A stretch of DNA of 10,367 nucleotides. It comes from a virus (taxonomy: Duplodnaviria; Heunggongvirae; Uroviricota; Caudoviricetes). The stretch spans positions 1-10,367 of IMG/VR virus record IMGVR_UViG_3300032893_000479, one strand, 5' to 3'. The translations under genes were made by a program, and so were the position numbers. The notes under the pieces are model-generated. The model was not told the origin of the DNA and did no database searches. It was given only the letters and a program-made list of their open reading frames with translations. Positions 7,689 to 10,367 of this stretch are shown here, piece after piece. The stretch's first letter is position 1. Every line of letters begins with the position of its first letter.

Positions 7689-9454
7689 GATTTTAACCCG
7701 TAAGCCGGTTTGACTCCCGAATAGTTTATCGTGTTTTCGTTCGAATAGACGGGGCTTTTGTAATTTTGCTCAGGAATCAAAATAGGCGGCGTGTAATTGT
7801 TGTCGAAAGTATCGCTAAACAACGACAAAGCGCGAGTGCGCAATCCGTTCAATGGTACGTAAAGGGGATCGCCGATTGTGTAAACGCCGTACCCCACCGC
7901 AGTGGCAGAGTCTTGATACAAACAAATTTCAGCTGCATTAAAACCGGAATAAATTGCGCTAATGTACAAATTAGAATACACGGCACCGGCTTCGCTTGGC
8001 TCAGTAACACATGCCGAAGAAAATACCGCACCCGAGCGAATAGCGCTAAGCACTCGGTTTTCGCAAGTGTACGTACTAGTTTTGAGCTGCCATCCGTTCG
8101 CGTAGCAATAAGCCGCAAGAGCGTCCCAAATTTGACGCATGCTCAAACCTTGCCACACCAATGAAAAACTTGTCGTCGTACCGTCTGCTTTTAGCACGAT
8201 GTTAGTCGTTGTCAAATCAATTTTTGCTGCCGTCGACGGTCCGCGCACGCCGAAAGTGGCTACGTAATTGCCGAGTTCATTTTTTATTTTTACTTGCATG
8301 ACGGGGCTGTTGCCAGCCGAATAATAGTTATTCCATTCGGCATCTTCGCTGCTGTCCCAACCGGCGACAATATTGCTGCCGGTCTGGATGTCGCCAGCTG
8401 CAAGGGGTGTCGTCCAACATACGCCTATCGGAAATAATGGCGCGGCCGGAGTGCTGGTGTGGAACACTGCGATGGCACCGAGCGCATATGAATAATCTGC
8501 AGCGACTTCAGCGGGACGATGCGGACCGTAATAACTATCGTCGAGCACCGCGCGCATGAATACGCCGCTGGTCGGCACGAAGCCGTCATTTCCGGGCGCT
8601 TCTATTGCGCCCGGACCTTCGTCGGGAAATATGCTCGGCGGATTGCCGCGATAGTATTGCGCAAGCCTGTCATCCAGATAGTACGGATAATTATCGATAA
8701 ATAAATTTTCTGTTTGTCGTCCGTTGCGATCGACGATGTTCGGAATGTTGAATTTCGGCGGTAAATGCACGGCAAGCGTGGTCACCCACGCTTGCCGGTA
8801 CGTCTGCGAGTAAAGTTTTGGAATACTCGTTCGATTTAATTGTTCGGCAGCAATGCTGCGATCGATGATACCTTTTGCAAAAGTCTCATCGTAGTTTGTC
8901 GATACCGGCATGTTGAAAACAGATACAACATCAAGCGGTGTCGTGTACGGGTGCAAATATTTTTGCGGATTGACTTCGACCATGAACGCGGGCAGCGTCG
9001 GCTTCGGACTGATCGGCAAATTTTGCAAATTGGCGTTTGCTTGCGCCTGCGTAGGATCAGGATTTGCAACAATGCCGACAGTAGAAATGTTTGGATTTGC
9101 TGCGATGTAATCGGAAATTTTGAAAAGATTTTTGCAGATCACTGAATTGGTCAAATCGCCAATACCGGGCAAATAAGGGAAATCGATCGCAGGACAAGTG
9201 CCAATGAAAAGAATAACTTTCAGGCCGCCTGCGACAGGATGATTAATCATCGTATCGAGAAAAGTTTTAACATCGGCCCACGTAGTCAATCTTGCCGATG
9301 TATCCAATGCGCCGGACAATAGTAATTTGTTTTGCGCGGGAACGTTGCGTTGCGCCATGTAATAATTGAGCACATCGACAGCGGCCGGCACTGACGAACG
9401 TGCGACAACGAGAATATCCGCAGGCGTGATAGGCACGGGGGTGATGATCGCCAT
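7685..9454 (-). CDS. Large hypothetical structural protein (589 aa); candidate major capsid or head decoration protein by position, function unknown
   Basis: Long uninterrupted minus-strand ORF with ATG start at 9452..9454, preceded by GGAG (plus coordinates 9463..9466) at 8-nt spacing. Sits immediately 5' of the putative head-tail adaptor gene and overlaps it as ATGA. Composition is N/S/T/Y/G/P-rich. I recognise no motif. Confidence 0.5.
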   Translation of the reverse strand: MAIITPVPITPADILVVARSSVPAAVDVLNYYMAQRNVPAQNKLLLSGALDTSARLTTWADVKTFLDTMINHPVAGGLKVILFIGTCPAIDFPYLPGIGDLTNSVICKNLFKISDYIAANPNISTVGIVANPDPTQAQANANLQNLPISPKPTLPAFMVEVNPQKYLHPYTTPLDVVSVFNMPVSTNYDETFAKGIIDRSIAAEQLNRTSIPKLYSQTYRQAWVTTLAVHLPPKFNIPNIVDRNGRQTENLFIDNYPYYLDDRLAQYYRGNPPSIFPDEGPGAIEAPGNDGFVPTSGVFMRAVLDDSYYGPHRPAEVAADYSYALGAIAVFHTSTPAAPLFPIGVCWTTPLAAGDIQTGSNIVAGWDSSEDAEWNNYYSAGNSPVMQVKIKNELGNYVATFGVRGPSTAAKIDLTTTNIVLKADGTTTSFSLVWQGLSMRQIWDALAAYCYANGWQLKTSTYTCENRVLSAIRSGAVFSSACVTEPSEAGAVYSNLYISAIYSGFNAAEICLYQDSATAVGYGVYTIGDPLYVPLNGLRTRALSLFSDTFDNNYTPPILIPEQNYKSPVYSNENTINYSGVKPAYGLKS

Positions 9455-10367
9455 TACAACAACTCCACGCAGACGGCGCGAGCGCTCATCGTGAACTCAT
9501 TCGGCGACACGATCGACAAGTTATTTATGCCGATAATCAAACGCACGTTGATATCGACAGATATGCAAGGATAATTTGTCGGACCGAAAGCGAAATCTCC
9601 GTTGTAAATGGGTATTGCGTCGCTAGGCGAACCGCCTTTTTTAATTGTCAATGTGCCGCCCGTATTCGACACGTGGAAAGGAATTTCAAAAGAGCCGACT
9701 TTTCCGGCGTATGTGCCGCGTGTGCCTTTTATGGCGACAAAAATTCGTCCAACAAGATCGCCTTGTCGGTTATTGGTGCCGGCCATTGACAAGAATTCGC
9801 CGCCAGAAGTGAATTGATCGAACGTAAAACGCGGTACGACTACGTCCACGCTTTGCGAAAATCCTTCATTCGCAAATACCACGCTATTGTTATACAGCGA
9901 GTCGATGCCGTAGCCGGCATGGAACAACGGCGAAATCGATGAGATTAGATTGCCGAACCCAAAAACGATATTTTGGCTTTGCAACTGATAGCCCGCATTT
10001 CCGCTCCCTATGCAAATACTGAAAGGGCCGGAAATACTGTTATTCATCCCCCATATGAAATTATAAATAACGTTCGCATTCGGATCGAAAGTAATATCGT
10101 CAAAAGTGATAACCGATTGTTGATATGCTTTGCCGAATTCTGCCGGCAATTGTTTGATTGCCGCTTTTGTTTTGATATTGTTGTAGCCGCTTGTCGCATC
10201 GCCGATATCAATATTGATGCTATACAGCATCGCGCTTAATGCCGGCACTACGCCGGACATCGAACACTGAAGTGCATTGCCAAAAAATCGAATTTCATTG
10301 ATCACGGTGGCGACGCCGACAGTCAGCATCGGCAGCTGAAAGACTGCGACTTTTTTAGCAGCGGTGC
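9454..10367 (-). CDS. Hypothetical protein, probably virion (head-associated) structural protein; 5' end likely outside the window
   Basis: Minus-strand ORF 9454..10329 (291 aa from the first ATG). The same frame stays open with no stop from 10330 to the window edge at 10367, and there is no Shine-Dalgarno motif before the ATG at 10329, so the true start is probably beyond the window. Stop TAA overlaps the ATG of the next gene by 1 nt (TAATG). Protein is rich in N/S/G/T/Y/F, which suggests a beta-rich structural protein. No family recognised. Confidence 0.5.
   Translation of the reverse strand, partial: TAAKKVAVFQLPMLTVGVATVINEIRFFGNALQCSMSGVVPALSAMLYSINIDIGDATSGYNNIKTKAAIKQLPAEFGKAYQQSVITFDDITFDPNANVIYNFIWGMNNSISGPFSICIGSGNAGYQLQSQNIVFGFGNLISSISPLFHAGYGIDSLYNNSVVFANEGFSQSVDVVVPRFTFDQFTSGGEFLSMAGTNNRQGDLVGRIFVAIKGTRGTYAGKVGSFEIPFHVSNTGGTLTIKKGGSPSDAIPIYNGDFAFGPTNYPCISVDINVRLIIGINNLSIVSPNEFTMSARAVCVELL
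9463..9466 (-). promoter_or_regulatory. Shine-Dalgarno motif (GGAG) for the 589-aa gene
   Basis: Minus-strand sequence GTGGAGTTGTTGTA ATG: GGAG lies 8 nt upstream of the ATG at 9452..9454, inside the 3' end of the upstream gene. Confidence 0.4.

Noticed and set aside
6759-9072. Nested minus-strand ORFs in alternative frames (6759..6956, 7849..8118, 8836..9072)
   Set aside because: They lie inside longer same-strand genes in a different frame, with basic, low-complexity translations typical of out-of-frame reading, and no slippery site or start signal suggests recoding.
77-10239. All other plus-strand ORFs in the track (60-132 aa; e.g. 77..319, 2317..2604, 2994..3296, 3907..4224, 5769..6098, 7766..8164, 8840..9145, 9973..10239)
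   Set aside because: Each is embedded antisense within a longer minus-strand gene of the structural operon. None sits in an intergenic gap or has a convincing RBS. Treated as chance ORFs.
1-10367. tRNA, rRNA, CRISPR array, integrase or transposase, and terminators
   Set aside because: There is no non-coding space longer than 16 nt anywhere in the window, and no direct-repeat/spacer pattern or cloverleaf-capable segment was seen. None called.

Overview
The window is a single, tightly packed, co-directional block of at least 13 protein-coding genes, all on the minus strand (transcribed from high to low coordinates), with no tRNA, rRNA, CRISPR array or mobile-element signature visible. Gene order and protein character match the late structural (neck plus contractile tail) module of a myovirus-type phage or prophage. 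From high to low coordinates: two large N/S/T/G/Y-rich structural proteins of unknown function (one open to the window edge), four small neck-type proteins, a ~500-aa putative tail sheath, a ~150-aa putative tail tube, a tail assembly chaperone with an overlapping -1 frame extension reached through a T_TTT_TTC slippery heptamer, a 521-aa tape measure protein with a central hydrophobic segment, and three small proteins at the start of the expected baseplate region. Most genes overlap at stop/start (ATGA or TAATG), and the few short gaps carry Shine-Dalgarno-like motifs, so the host is bacterial. Family names such as DUF3383, DUF4054 and HK97 gp10 are my recollection of sequence character and synteny only; no search was run. 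The plus-strand ORFs in the track are all antisense to this operon and are treated as spurious. The least explained parts are the 589-aa protein next to the adaptor and the three proteins after the tape measure.
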